A DNA stretch of 64,000 nt, taken from contig JAHKAJ010000024.1 of NCBI GenBank assembly GCA_018826075.1, positions 4,343 through 68,342 of the forward strand, in the 5' to 3' direction. The translations under genes were made by a program, and so were the position numbers. Positions 48,654 to 58,535 of the stretch are shown in pieces. The stretch's first letter is position 1. The number at the start of each line of letters is the position of its first letter. The DNA comes from Candidatus Omnitrophota bacterium (lineage in GTDB: Bacteria > Omnitrophota > Gorgyraeia > Duberdicusellales > 4484-171). Below the pieces are notes generated by a model. That model searched no databases. It was not told the DNA's origin and was given only the letters and a program-made list of their open reading frames with translations.

Positions 48654-50278
48654 TGATCGACTTTAAAAATTTCCAGCGGCCGCAGCGCTACATCGGAAAT
48701 GAATGGAATGTGGTAAAGAAATCTCATTCGGGGCGAGTTTCTTTTTGTTTTTGCTATCCTGACCTTTACGAGATCGGGATGAGCAACCTTGGCACCCATA
48801 TCGTTTACGGGTTGCTTAATCGTAACCCTGATTTTGTTTGCGAACGCTCATTTATGCCGGCCGAAGACCTGGCGAATTACCTTAAAACTAGTAAAATTCC
48901 TTTATTCTCCTTGGAAACCAAAACTGCTTTGCACGATTTTGAGGTTTTGGGGTTTCATCTGGGTTGCGAACTAAATTTTACCAATGTTTTACACATGTTG
49001 GCTTTGGGCGGCGTTGAGATTTTTTCGGCTGAGCGCAAAGACCTAATCGTCTTGGGGGGCGGGATAGTTAATCCTGAACCTTTGGCTGAATTCATTGATG
49101 TATTCTATTTAGGTGAATTTGAGGAGGTCGCCGACCGGTTTATCGAGATTTTTCATAAATATAAAGATAAATCAGCCCGACTCAAAGCCTTGGCTGAAAC
49201 AGAAGGTTTTTATGTGCCGGCATTTTACCAGGCCAGCCGCCAAGCCGACCAGTATGTTTTTGAGCAAAGATACAGTTATGCCCGGCTGCCCCAAAAACGG
49301 GTAGCAGTTAAAGATTTAAACCGTTCTTTTGTTCCGGAGGCGTGGCTTACTGCCCATACTGAGATTATCCATGACCGGATACCGATTGAGATTGCCCGGG
49401 GTTGCCCTAATGCCTGCAGTTTTTGCCAGGCTAGAGCCGTGTATACTCCTTATCGCCAGCGTCAGACAGCTACGGTCATCAACATTCTCCAAAGGCTTTA
49501 TCAGGGCAGCGGTTCTGAAAATTTTTCGTTTTTAGCGCTTTCAGCTTCGGATCATTCTGAAATAGAAGAGCTTATTGATGCCGGGCTGGATTATTGCCGC
49601 AAGCGACGCATCGGGTTATCGCTGCCATCGTTGCGGGCCAGTGATATAGTCGGCCGGCTTTATAAAAAACTGTCTTCTTTTAGGAAAGCTTCCCTTACTG
49701 TTGCCATTGAGGCAGCCCGGCAGCCGTTGCGAGAAGCCTTGAATAAAAAAATAGATCTTGGGGTTGTTTTTGAAGCGGCAAAAATACTTCAAAGCCTGGG
49801 CTTAAGACAGATAAAAATTTATTTTATGTATGGTTTTCCTCAGGAGACTGATGAAGATTTGTTGGCTATCGGCGAGTTTTTAGATGATTTGTACCGCAGA
49901 AGCCGCCTGAAGTTGAGGGTGAGCCTGAATGTATTTATCCCCAAGCCGTTTTCGCTTTGGCAGGCAAAATCTATATTGCCGGAGGATATTTTGCGTCGCC
50001 GCCAAGACCTGATCCTTAGAAATCTTCCCCGGCAGAGGGGGGTCAGTGTTTCGTTTTCCTCTATTGAACGTAGCCTTTTTGAAGCCCTGGTTTCGCGAGC
50101 CGGCCGGGAGTTCGGAAAGGTTTTATACCTGGCTTATTCCCGGGGTGTTTGTTTTGACGGTTCCCGGGAGAATTTTTCGTTTGGAATTTGGAAGGAATTA
50201 ATGGAGGAAGCCGGCTTTGATTATCGAAGGTGCCTGGAAGAACAAACCGCCAACTTCCCCTGGTCCTTCATCGAGTAA
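48653..50278 (+). CDS. Radical SAM protein with N-terminal B12-binding-like domain (TIGR03960-like)
   Basis: CPNACSFCQA carries the CxxxCxxC motif. 541 aa. Paired with the downstream DUF2344-like gene. Confidence 0.65.
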   Translation: MIDFKNFQRPQRYIGNEWNVVKKSHSGRVSFCFCYPDLYEIGMSNLGTHIVYGLLNRNPDFVCERSFMPAEDLANYLKTSKIPLFSLETKTALHDFEVLGFHLGCELNFTNVLHMLALGGVEIFSAERKDLIVLGGGIVNPEPLAEFIDVFYLGEFEEVADRFIEIFHKYKDKSARLKALAETEGFYVPAFYQASRQADQYVFEQRYSYARLPQKRVAVKDLNRSFVPEAWLTAHTEIIHDRIPIEIARGCPNACSFCQARAVYTPYRQRQTATVINILQRLYQGSGSENFSFLALSASDHSEIEELIDAGLDYCRKRRIGLSLPSLRASDIVGRLYKKLSSFRKASLTVAIEAARQPLREALNKKIDLGVVFEAAKILQSLGLRQIKIYFMYGFPQETDEDLLAIGEFLDDLYRRSRLKLRVSLNVFIPKPFSLWQAKSILPEDILRRRQDLILRNLPRQRGVSVSFSSIERSLFEALVSRAGREFGKVLYLAYSRGVCFDGSRENFSFGIWKELMEEAGFDYRRCLEEQTANFPWSFIE

Positions 50279-50281
50279 AAC

Positions 50282-50593
50282 ATGCAAACTATCAAATTCC
50301 CTATAGCAGTAATTTTACATAAACACGGCGAGATGGTCTATTTTTCCCAGCTTGACCTGATACATATTCTGGAACGGGCTTTACGCCGCAGCGATTTGCC
50401 GCTTTACTTTACTCAAGGATTCAATCCTCACGTAAAGATAAGTTTTAAGAACGGCTTAAAACTCGGCCAGGAAGGCTTTATTGAAGTTATCTTTTATTTT
50501 ACCGAAAATATAGTTTTTTGCCGGCTTAAGGAAATTCTTCAGCCGCAGTTGCCCGAAGGATTGGAAATAATAGATAAGGAGGTCAGCGGGTAA
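50282..50593 (+). CDS. Radical-SAM-linked DUF2344-like protein (short form)
   Basis: HKHGEMVYFSQLDLIHILERALRRSDLPLYFTQGFNPHVK fits the TIGR03936 core motif. Confidence 0.5.
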   Translation: MQTIKFPIAVILHKHGEMVYFSQLDLIHILERALRRSDLPLYFTQGFNPHVKISFKNGLKLGQEGFIEVIFYFTENIVFCRLKEILQPQLPEGLEIIDKEVSG

Positions 50594-51071
50594 GGAAAGT
50601 GCTTTTTATACTTTCAGCTTTAAAAAATTCCTTAGTGAATTTTTCAGCCAGTTTATGGTCGTATTTTTGGCAGGAAAAAATATTGATATAGGATTTGCGC
50701 CAGTATTCGGAAAAATGTCCGGTAATCGAACTAGTCTCGATAAACTGCAGAAGAGAATAGCCCTTAGTGAAAGGTTTGTCCAGGCCAAAATAGGGCAGCT
50801 GAACTTTACCGAACTTCTTCATTTTAATCAACTTACAAAGCTCATCTACGTATTGGCTTAGCTTTTTTTTCGAACTCATAACCGCCAGGTCACATCCGGA
50901 AAGGTCAAGAATCAACTCATAACCGAATACATTAGTTTTTTTCTTTAATGGATCGAGTTTGGAAGTGGAGGGAAAAGTAGGGTTACCAGATGGTTCGTTT
51001 GCAAGGCGAACCTCTGGGGAATGCGTTAGCTCGTCAGTCACAGAGTATTTTTCTGGTATCATCCCCTTCAA
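50583..51071 (-). CDS. speH: S-adenosylmethionine decarboxylase proenzyme-like (SpeH/class 1a family) with ~45-aa N-terminal extension
   Basis: GYELILDLSGCD, IETSSITGHFSEY (putative Glu-Ser self-cleavage region) and YINIFSCQKYD parallel the SpeH motifs. Confidence 0.55.
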   Translation of the reverse strand: MKGMIPEKYSVTDELTHSPEVRLANEPSGNPTFPSTSKLDPLKKKTNVFGYELILDLSGCDLAVMSSKKKLSQYVDELCKLIKMKKFGKVQLPYFGLDKPFTKGYSLLQFIETSSITGHFSEYWRKSYINIFSCQKYDHKLAEKFTKEFFKAESIKSTFLTR

Positions 51072-51344
51072 ATGTTTTTAAAGTCGTTATTAACATAATA
51101 ATATCTTTACTAATTAAGTTTATATCACAATTTTATTTTCTTGGCAAGCCTTTTTTTAAAAATTTTTTAATGAGCAGATAATTTATAAAAATCAAAGATT
51201 TTCATAAATTATAGTCCCGCTAACGGCGGGACGCCTGCGAATTAACTCTGGACATTTACTTTGATATTTTTATTTAGGTAAATGTCCAGAGTAAGTTCGG
51301 ACAAACAACTTACGTTCGCTTTGCTCCGTAAGTTGTGTCCTCAC

Positions 51345-52592
51345 TTAGCTTAGTAAGTGAACTGATTCAAAAGTTGCCGGCACTTCGGAAATTTTAGTTT
51401 CCAAACCCAGGGTGTCCAGTAGCTTTATGAATGGATCCGGGTCTAGCTCTTCGACATTGGCCATGGTTTTTACGTCCCAGGTCCCTTGAGCTATCAGCAT
51501 TGCCACGGCGACGGGAGGAACTCCGGCAGTATAACAGATAGCCTGTGACTCTAACTCTTTATAACAGGCGGCATGGTTGCAGATATTATAAATAAAAATG
51601 TCTTTATCTTTACCGTCTTTCTCACCGTGGATCAGGTTTCCAATGCAGGTTTTTCCGGAGTATTTGGGTGCCAGAGAAAGAGGGTCAGGTAAAATGGCCT
51701 TCAAAACTTTTAGCGGCACGACTTCAATGCCTTCGGCGGTTTTTACCGGTTTTTCGGAAGTCAGCCCCAGGTTGGTCAGGACTGAAAAAACATTAATATA
51801 GTGGTCGCTAAAACCCATCCAAAAACGGATGCTATTGGCATCGATATTTTTTGACAGGGAATGAAGCTCATCATGGCCGTTTAAATAGATCGGTTGTTTG
51901 CCGACTACCGGAAAATCGTAGATTCTTTTTATCGAATGAACTTTTTCGCAAACCCATTTACGGTCGATCCAGGCCCAAACTTTTTTAAATTCCCGAAAGT
52001 TTATTTCCGGGTCAAAATTAGTAGCAAAATATTTACCGTGGTTTCCGACATTAACATCCATAATGTCAATAGTATCGATTTTATCAAAGTGATGCTTTAC
52101 CGCTAAAGCGCAATAGGCGTTTACTACTCCCGGGTCAAAGCCTGCGCCTAAAATAGCCGTAATCTTGTTTTCTTTGCAACGATCTTTGCGTTTCCATTCA
52201 TAGTTAGCATACCATGGCGGATCTTCACAAACCTTATTTGGTTCTTCATGAATGGCCGTATCAATATAGGCAGCCCCGGTTTGGATACATGCCTCGAGAA
52301 GAGACATATTCACATAAGATTGCGCAAGATTAAGCACTATTTCAGAGTTAGTTTCCTTGATTAGTTTTATTGTAGCCGGGATATCTAAGGCGTCTATCTG
52401 ACGTGAATATAACTTTTGATTGTTCATTTTTATGTGTTTTTTTCTTTTAACACTTTCAATGATCAGGTCACATTTTTTTTGGGTCCTTGAAGCAAGGCAA
52501 ATATCACCTAGAAGATCATTGTTTTGAGCGCATTTGTGTGCGGCTACATGGGCAACGCCTCCGGCCCCGACAATTAGTATGTTTTTTCTCAT
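51345..52592 (-). CDS. Carboxynorspermidine/carboxyspermidine dehydrogenase (saccharopine dehydrogenase family)
   Basis: Rossmann motif ILIVGAGGVAHVAAHK in a 415-aa protein immediately downstream of the nspC-like gene. Confidence 0.75.
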   Translation of the reverse strand: MRKNILIVGAGGVAHVAAHKCAQNNDLLGDICLASRTQKKCDLIIESVKRKKHIKMNNQKLYSRQIDALDIPATIKLIKETNSEIVLNLAQSYVNMSLLEACIQTGAAYIDTAIHEEPNKVCEDPPWYANYEWKRKDRCKENKITAILGAGFDPGVVNAYCALAVKHHFDKIDTIDIMDVNVGNHGKYFATNFDPEINFREFKKVWAWIDRKWVCEKVHSIKRIYDFPVVGKQPIYLNGHDELHSLSKNIDANSIRFWMGFSDHYINVFSVLTNLGLTSEKPVKTAEGIEVVPLKVLKAILPDPLSLAPKYSGKTCIGNLIHGEKDGKDKDIFIYNICNHAACYKELESQAICYTAGVPPVAVAMLIAQGTWDVKTMANVEELDPDPFIKLLDTLGLETKISEVPATFESVHLLS

Positions 52593-52607
52593 CTTTTAAT
52601 ACCCTCC

Positions 52608-53711
52608 TTAGGATAAGCTTTTTAAAAAATCTTCATATTCAAAACAGCGGACAGTATCTATTGTTCCATCCAATCTTTTTACCACGATTGAAGGCATTGG
52701 CAACCCGTTAAACCAGTTCTTTTTTACCATGGTGTAACCGGCAGCATCCTTGATCCGGATGATCGTACCGGTTTTGAGGGGGGATTTAAAGCAGTAAGTC
52801 CCAAAGATATCGCCGGCTAAACAGGAACGGCCGGCAACCATATATTTATAGCGGCCGTCATCCGGCGTTGAGATCTTAGCTTTTGTCTGGTAAACTAAAA
52901 GATCCAGCATATGAGCTTCAGTTGAAGCATCAATCACAGCGATATTGATCTCGTTGCGGACAATATCTAAAACCCGGGTTACTAATTCTGCTGATTGGCT
53001 GACTACGGCTTCACCCGGTTCAAGATAGACTTGAAGTTTAAACCGGCTTGCGAATTCTTTTAATTTTCTGGCGAATTTTTCTATTGGGTAGCCGGGTTTA
53101 GTGAAGTGGATTCCGCCGCCCAGGCTGACCCATTCTAGATTTTTTAGGATGCCGCCGTAATTGCCAGCGATTAAGTCGAGATTACTGGAAAAATTTTCAA
53201 AGTCGTCGTTTTCACAGTTAAAATGAAACATTAAGCCGTTGATCAAACCGGCTGATTTCTTGAGCGATTTTTTATCGGTTACTCCTAATCGGGAGAACCT
53301 TCGGGCCGGGTCAGCCAGTTTGAACCGGGAATAGCTGACCTGAGGATTTACCCTCAAACCCAATTGACGGCCGGGCAAGCTTCTGTAGAACATCTTCAGT
53401 TGTGACAGCGAATTGAAGATGATTTTATCGGCATAGGGTTTGATCTGGTTTATTTCGCCTTTAGAGAAAGCCACGCTGTAGGCATGGACTTCTTTAGCGA
53501 ATTTTTCATAACCCAGGCGGGTTTCATACAGCGAACTGCTGGTTGTCCCATCGAGGTAGTCTTTCATCAAATCAAAAACCGACCAGGTAGAGAAACATTT
53601 TAAAGCCAGGACAAATTTAGCTCCCGAAAGCCGGCCGATCCTGCGGACGATCTTTAGATTTCGCAGGAGCTTTTGTTCATAGATCAGATAATAAGGTGTT
53701 ACTGGGGGCAT
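52608..53711 (-). CDS. nspC: Carboxynorspermidine/carboxyspermidine decarboxylase
   Basis: Has TPYYLIYE, LALKCFS and DGTTSSSLYE, the characteristic NspC motifs, in a PLP fold. Confidence 0.85.
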   Translation of the reverse strand: MPPVTPYYLIYEQKLLRNLKIVRRIGRLSGAKFVLALKCFSTWSVFDLMKDYLDGTTSSSLYETRLGYEKFAKEVHAYSVAFSKGEINQIKPYADKIIFNSLSQLKMFYRSLPGRQLGLRVNPQVSYSRFKLADPARRFSRLGVTDKKSLKKSAGLINGLMFHFNCENDDFENFSSNLDLIAGNYGGILKNLEWVSLGGGIHFTKPGYPIEKFARKLKEFASRFKLQVYLEPGEAVVSQSAELVTRVLDIVRNEINIAVIDASTEAHMLDLLVYQTKAKISTPDDGRYKYMVAGRSCLAGDIFGTYCFKSPLKTGTIIRIKDAAGYTMVKKNWFNGLPMPSIVVKRLDGTIDTVRCFEYEDFLKSLS

Positions 53712-53859
53712 AAGTTTGTTTGTTCTCCTGTTTACTAAAATTTCTAACGGGATTTATATTAGCAATATTTGATTATTCTGGCAAGAAAAAAGTTTATTCA
53801 ATAACCTGCTTGTTAACAAAGGGTATTTCTGTTAAAATCTAAACACTACTCAAGAAGCT

Positions 53860-53932
53860 GCCCGCGTAGCTCAGCTGGCAGAGCAGAGCATTCGTAATGC
53901 TCAGGCCGGAGGTTCGACTCCTCTCGCGGGCT
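53860..53932 (+). tRNA. tRNA-Thr (anticodon CGT)
   Basis: Acceptor GCCCGCG/CGCGGGC, D-arm GCTCAGCTGGCAGAGC, anticodon loop TTCGTAA and T-loop GGTTCGACTCC. Confidence 0.85.
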
Positions 53933-53944
53933 TAAAATAAATAA

Positions 53945-55213
53945 ATGATCATACCTTATTTTAAACTACTTCTAAAGAGAAATTTTTTTCTGCTTTGTTT
54001 TAGCCAAATAATCTCTCAATTTGGCGATAAATTGACTCAGTTGGCGCTGGTCGGTTTAGTCAGTTCGCTTTTTAAAACTTCTTCTAATATCCACTTGGCG
54101 ATAGTTTTCAGCATGACGATTATCCCGGTGGTCCTTTTTTCACCGATCACCGGAGTCTATGTTGACCGCTGGAGCAAACGTAAAACAATGTATTTTTGTG
54201 ATTTTCTGCGGGCAATAATGATCTTTACTATCCCGCTTTTTTTCCTTAAAACCCATCTTTTTCCGTTTATCTGTTTGATGATATTTTTATCGGCCAGCGC
54301 CGGAAGATTTTTCATTCCGGCCAAAATGGCTTTTTTTCCCCAGCTTATCGAAAAGAAAGAAATATTTCTGGCTAATTCTCTGATCTCGGTAACCGCGACC
54401 AGTGCGGCAATTTTTGGTTTCTTTTTCGGCGGAATAATCGTTGACCGATTAGGATTAGATGCTGTTTTTCGCTTGGATGCAGCCACTTTTTTGATTTCAG
54501 CCTTAGCTATTATTTTTATCACTGCCCGGGAAGAAGATAAGTTTTTCACAAAAAATATCCTAAAAGTTGGAAAAGAAATGGTTGAAGCGGTGAAGAGGTC
54601 ATTTATCCAGGAACTTAAAGAGGGGATCAAATACATACACAGTTCAGATGAAACTAAGTATGCTTTTCGAACTTTCCTATTTCTTTTTTCCTATGTGGGA
54701 GCCCTTTCTACTGCCAGCATAAGATATTTTCAGAAAATTTTGGGCGATTCTTCTTCCAATGTTAGAGAGGTGGGGTTTATCGGGGTGTCCTTAGGGGTAG
54801 GTATTTTTATCGGTTCTTTGATCTACGGGAGGATCGCCCATCGATTTTCAATAAAAAAGATCATTAACTATTCAATACTTATCGCTTCGGGTTTTTTGAT
54901 TTTCTTTACGGTTTCAATTAGAGTAAATCCCGATTCCGGGTATGCGATTTTTCTTTCTTTTATCTTGGGCTTGATTATTTCCCCGATATTTATCGGGATA
55001 AACGCACTTATCCATAAGGAAAGCCAGGCAGATCTTTTAGGAAGAATTTTCGGCAGCCTGGAGTTTATCGGCCACTTGGGCCTTTTAATCTTTATGTTTG
55101 TTTCCTCGCTTTTAGCCGACATCATGACTCCCTTTACAATTATTGTTTCGGTTGGTATAATTGGTTTCCTTTTTTCAATATTTTTTATTTTTTCCGATGA
55201 TCACAGTCATTGA
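53945..55213 (+). CDS. MFS transporter
   Basis: 12-TM hydrophobic protein with an MFS-like loop motif (GVYVDRWSKRK). Confidence 0.6.
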   Translation: MIIPYFKLLLKRNFFLLCFSQIISQFGDKLTQLALVGLVSSLFKTSSNIHLAIVFSMTIIPVVLFSPITGVYVDRWSKRKTMYFCDFLRAIMIFTIPLFFLKTHLFPFICLMIFLSASAGRFFIPAKMAFFPQLIEKKEIFLANSLISVTATSAAIFGFFFGGIIVDRLGLDAVFRLDAATFLISALAIIFITAREEDKFFTKNILKVGKEMVEAVKRSFIQELKEGIKYIHSSDETKYAFRTFLFLFSYVGALSTASIRYFQKILGDSSSNVREVGFIGVSLGVGIFIGSLIYGRIAHRFSIKKIINYSILIASGFLIFFTVSIRVNPDSGYAIFLSFILGLIISPIFIGINALIHKESQADLLGRIFGSLEFIGHLGLLIFMFVSSLLADIMTPFTIIVSVGIIGFLFSIFFIFSDDHSH

Positions 55214-56483
55214 CCACAAAGAGCCTCAAAAGGCAAAACCGTCCGAAAAGTTTTTAACCCCGAAAAAACTCTATTTGCCGCTTTCCCAGCATACCGGAAA
55301 GCCTTCAAACCCTTGTGTTAAGATCTCTGACTTAGTCCAGGAGGCGCAGCTGATCGCTAAGGCTGACGGTTATATCTCTTCTAACCTTCATGCTCCGGTT
55401 AGCGGAAAGATTGCTGCCGTTGAGCGGTATAATCATCCGGTTCTTCAAAGCGCCGAAGCAATAGTTTTAGAGCCTAGTGGAACCAATAAAGAATACTTGT
55501 TTTCTGAACCGGCAAAAAGCCTTAAAAAAGAGGAGTTGCTCGAGATCATTGCCCAGGCCGGTATCGTCGGAATGGGCGGCGCGGCTTTTCCTTCTCAGGT
55601 CAAGCTTAAGCCCCCGAAAAAAATCATTACTTTGATCATTAATGGCTGTGAATGTGAGCCTTACTTGACCTGCGATCACCGGTTGATGCTGGAAAATTTA
55701 AAAGAGATATTTTTAGGTATCGAGATAATCTGTCGGATAATCGAGCCAAGTAAGGTGATTTTTGCCATTGAAGAGAATAAGCCCGATGTGATAAAACAGC
55801 TTAATCTATACGTAAATACCAAAAAATTCAATCTACCGGCCCTTGAGACAGTAATCTTACCCCATGAATACCCGCAAGGCTCCGAAAAACAACTTATTTA
55901 CAATACTACCAACCGTAAAGTTCCCGGAGGTAAACTTCCCCTAGATGTCGGCTGTCTGGTGCATAATGTGGCAACTTGTTTTGCTATTTATCAGGCAGTT
56001 TATTATTCAAAACCTTTGATCGAGCGTTTGGTGAGTTTTTGCGGCGAAGCCTTGACCTCGCCTAAAAATATCTGGGTAAAAATAGGGACATCACTGCGTG
56101 AGCTGTTTGAACAGAAGATCCTGGAGTTAGACTGTGAACCGGCGAAAATAATTTCCGGAGGCCCCTTGATGGGGATAGCACTTACCGATCTGGATTACCC
56201 GATTTTAAAATCAACCGGCGGATTTTTATTTTTAAAGCCGTCCCCAGATCCGGTTTCTGAACAACCTTGCTTAAAGTGCGCCCGCTGTGTTGATAATTGT
56301 CCGATGGGCCTTCTGCCCTTAGAATATGTCCGGCAGGTTAAACGCGAAAATTATGAAAGTTTAACCGGCTACAATATCAATGATTGTATTGAATGTGGCT
56401 GCTGCACTTACGGTTGTCCAGCTAAAATATCCCTGGTACATTATATAAAAATCGGAAAAGGTTATGTCCCTAAAAGTAACTAG
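55197..56483 (+). CDS. rnfC: Rnf electron transport complex subunit C (start uncertain; ORF track starts at 55161)
   Basis: PLSQHTG, GIVGMGGAAFP (NADH-binding) and two 4Fe-4S motifs (CLKCARCVDNCP, CIECGCCTYGCP). Confidence 0.85.
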   Translation: MITVIDHKEPQKAKPSEKFLTPKKLYLPLSQHTGKPSNPCVKISDLVQEAQLIAKADGYISSNLHAPVSGKIAAVERYNHPVLQSAEAIVLEPSGTNKEYLFSEPAKSLKKEELLEIIAQAGIVGMGGAAFPSQVKLKPPKKIITLIINGCECEPYLTCDHRLMLENLKEIFLGIEIICRIIEPSKVIFAIEENKPDVIKQLNLYVNTKKFNLPALETVILPHEYPQGSEKQLIYNTTNRKVPGGKLPLDVGCLVHNVATCFAIYQAVYYSKPLIERLVSFCGEALTSPKNIWVKIGTSLRELFEQKILELDCEPAKIISGGPLMGIALTDLDYPILKSTGGFLFLKPSPDPVSEQPCLKCARCVDNCPMGLLPLEYVRQVKRENYESLTGYNINDCIECGCCTYGCPAKISLVHYIKIGKGYVPKSN

Positions 56484-57390
56484 TTCGCCTCATATTTTTT
56501 CCAGCGTCAATACCCGGCAGTTGATGTTTGGAGTTTTAATCGGGCTTATCCCGGTTGCTTTCGCCTCGTTGTATTTTTTCGGAATCAGAGCTTTGACCCT
56601 TATTTTAAATTGCTTAATAACTTCTCTAATTTCCGAAAGAATTATTTCCTGGTTACGTAAAAAACCTTCTACTCTAAGCGATGGCAGTGCAGTAGTTACC
56701 GGGCTGCTTTTAGCCTTGATTCTGCCGCCGTCTACTGCCTGGTATGCGGCTACCCTGGGTTCAGTATTCGCGATTTTTATCGGTAAACATATCTTTGGAG
56801 GATTGGGTGCTAATATTTTTAACCCGGCTTTGATTGCCCGGGCCTTTCTCATGGCTGCTTACCCTAAGATGCTTACCACTTTTATTAAGCCCCGGACTAT
56901 TGATGCCGTGACCAGCGCAACGCCTTTAGTCTTAAAAAAATTCAGCCAGACTTCGACTGGAATTCGGGATTTATTTTTAGGTAATGTTTCCGGAAGCCTG
57001 GGGGAGACTTCGGCCCTTTGTATTCTTATCGGAAGCGTTTATCTTTTAGCCAGAAAAATTATTGATTGGCGTATACCTTTAAGCCTTATTTTAACGGTGG
57101 CAGTTATTTCCGGAACCGGTGTTCTATTGGATCCGGCCAAAGGCTCGGTTTTATTCCATCTTTTAAGCGGAGGAGTTCTTCTAGGGGCTTTTTTTATGGC
57201 CACTGATCCGGTGACTACTCCGGTTACCAAAAAGGGAAGGTATATTTTTGGAATTGCTTGCGGCTGTCTGATCATGGTAATTCGTTATTTTAGCGGCTTA
57301 CCAGAAGGAGTCATGTATTCAATACTTTTTTTAAATGCTTTTACGCCGTTAATCAACCGTTACACTAAACCAAAACCTTTTGGAAGGTAA
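56464..57390 (+). CDS. rnfD: Rnf complex subunit D
   Basis: Polytopic NqrB/RnfD-like membrane protein. Confidence 0.85.
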   Translation: MSLKVTSSPHIFSSVNTRQLMFGVLIGLIPVAFASLYFFGIRALTLILNCLITSLISERIISWLRKKPSTLSDGSAVVTGLLLALILPPSTAWYAATLGSVFAIFIGKHIFGGLGANIFNPALIARAFLMAAYPKMLTTFIKPRTIDAVTSATPLVLKKFSQTSTGIRDLFLGNVSGSLGETSALCILIGSVYLLARKIIDWRIPLSLILTVAVISGTGVLLDPAKGSVLFHLLSGGVLLGAFFMATDPVTTPVTKKGRYIFGIACGCLIMVIRYFSGLPEGVMYSILFLNAFTPLINRYTKPKPFGR

Positions 57391-57393
57391 ATA

Positions 57394-57951
57394 ATGAAAG
57401 AGACGTTAAGGATTATTGGAGTGTTGACTTCGGTTTGTCTGGTTTGTGCGTTTTTACTGGCTTTGGTCTATAGCCGGGCAGCTGAAAAAATCGAAGTCAA
57501 TCAGAATCAACGTTTGAAAACTGCCATTGCTAATTTGGCTCCCGGAGCGGAAAAGGTTGAGGAAGTTTCGCTTGGAGATTCAACTATTTTTAAACTTAGC
57601 GACAAAAAACAAAAGCTGATCGGTTATGCCTTTTTAGCTCAAGGCCAGGGTTATCAGGATAAAATAGCCATTTTGGCGGTGATTGATGTTTCCTTCGGGA
57701 AATTGTCGGGAATCGAGATCCTGGAGTCATCGGAAACTCCCGGTTTAGGCGGTAAAATCCAGGAAACAGATTTTTTAAAACAGTTTAAACAGCTTCCAGT
57801 AAACAATGGCCTTGAGTGTGTAAAAACTGAAGCCCAGGCTGACGGCCAGATCAAGGCTATTACCGGAGCAACGGTTTCTTCCCGGGCAGTTGTTGATACC
57901 ATAAATAAAAAACTGGTGGTTTTAAAATCGGAGATCAAAAATTTAAAATGA
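57394..57951 (+). CDS. rnfG: Rnf complex subunit G (FMN-binding)
   Basis: N-terminal TM and the FMN-attachment motif ITGATVSSRAV. Confidence 0.85.
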   Translation: MKETLRIIGVLTSVCLVCAFLLALVYSRAAEKIEVNQNQRLKTAIANLAPGAEKVEEVSLGDSTIFKLSDKKQKLIGYAFLAQGQGYQDKIAILAVIDVSFGKLSGIEILESSETPGLGGKIQETDFLKQFKQLPVNNGLECVKTEAQADGQIKAITGATVSSRAVVDTINKKLVVLKSEIKNLK

Positions 57952-58535
57952 ATAACCGCGACAACTTTCTTAAAGGGCTATGGTCAGAGCATCCGGTGTT
58001 TCGCCAGCTCTTAGGCATGTGCCCGACTCTGGCAGTGACTACTTCGGCTAAAAACGGCCTTTATATGGGTATGGCAGTCATCTTTGTGCTTACCTTTTCT
58101 TCGTTGGTAGTTTCTTTGATCAAAAAAATAGTGCCGAATCAGGTCAGGATAGCAGTATATACGGTTATTATCGCTACTTTCGTGACTGTGGTCGATATTT
58201 TTTTTAAGGCTTATATCCCGGATATGAGCCGCCAGCTTGGGCCTTATCTTCCTTTGATCATTGTTAATTGTATAATCCTTGGACGTTGCGAAGCCTTTGC
58301 TTCTAAAAATAACCTGAAAAAATCCACAATTGATGCTTTGGGTATGAGCGCTGGTTTTACCTGGGGGCTTTTTGTCTTAGGCTCGATCAGGGAACTTTTC
58401 GGTTCGGGGATGATTTTAGGATTTACTATTTTAGGCAAAAATTACAATCCTTTGATCGTGATGATCCTGCCGGCCGGAGCCTTTATTGTTTTAGGGCTTT
58501 TGGTGGCCGGAATGAATAGATTGGAGCAAAAATGA
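57948..58535 (+). CDS. rnfE: Rnf complex subunit E
   Basis: FRQLLGMCPTLAVTTS matches RnfE. Confidence 0.85.
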   Translation: MNNRDNFLKGLWSEHPVFRQLLGMCPTLAVTTSAKNGLYMGMAVIFVLTFSSLVVSLIKKIVPNQVRIAVYTVIIATFVTVVDIFFKAYIPDMSRQLGPYLPLIIVNCIILGRCEAFASKNNLKKSTIDALGMSAGFTWGLFVLGSIRELFGSGMILGFTILGKNYNPLIVMILPAGAFIVLGLLVAGMNRLEQK

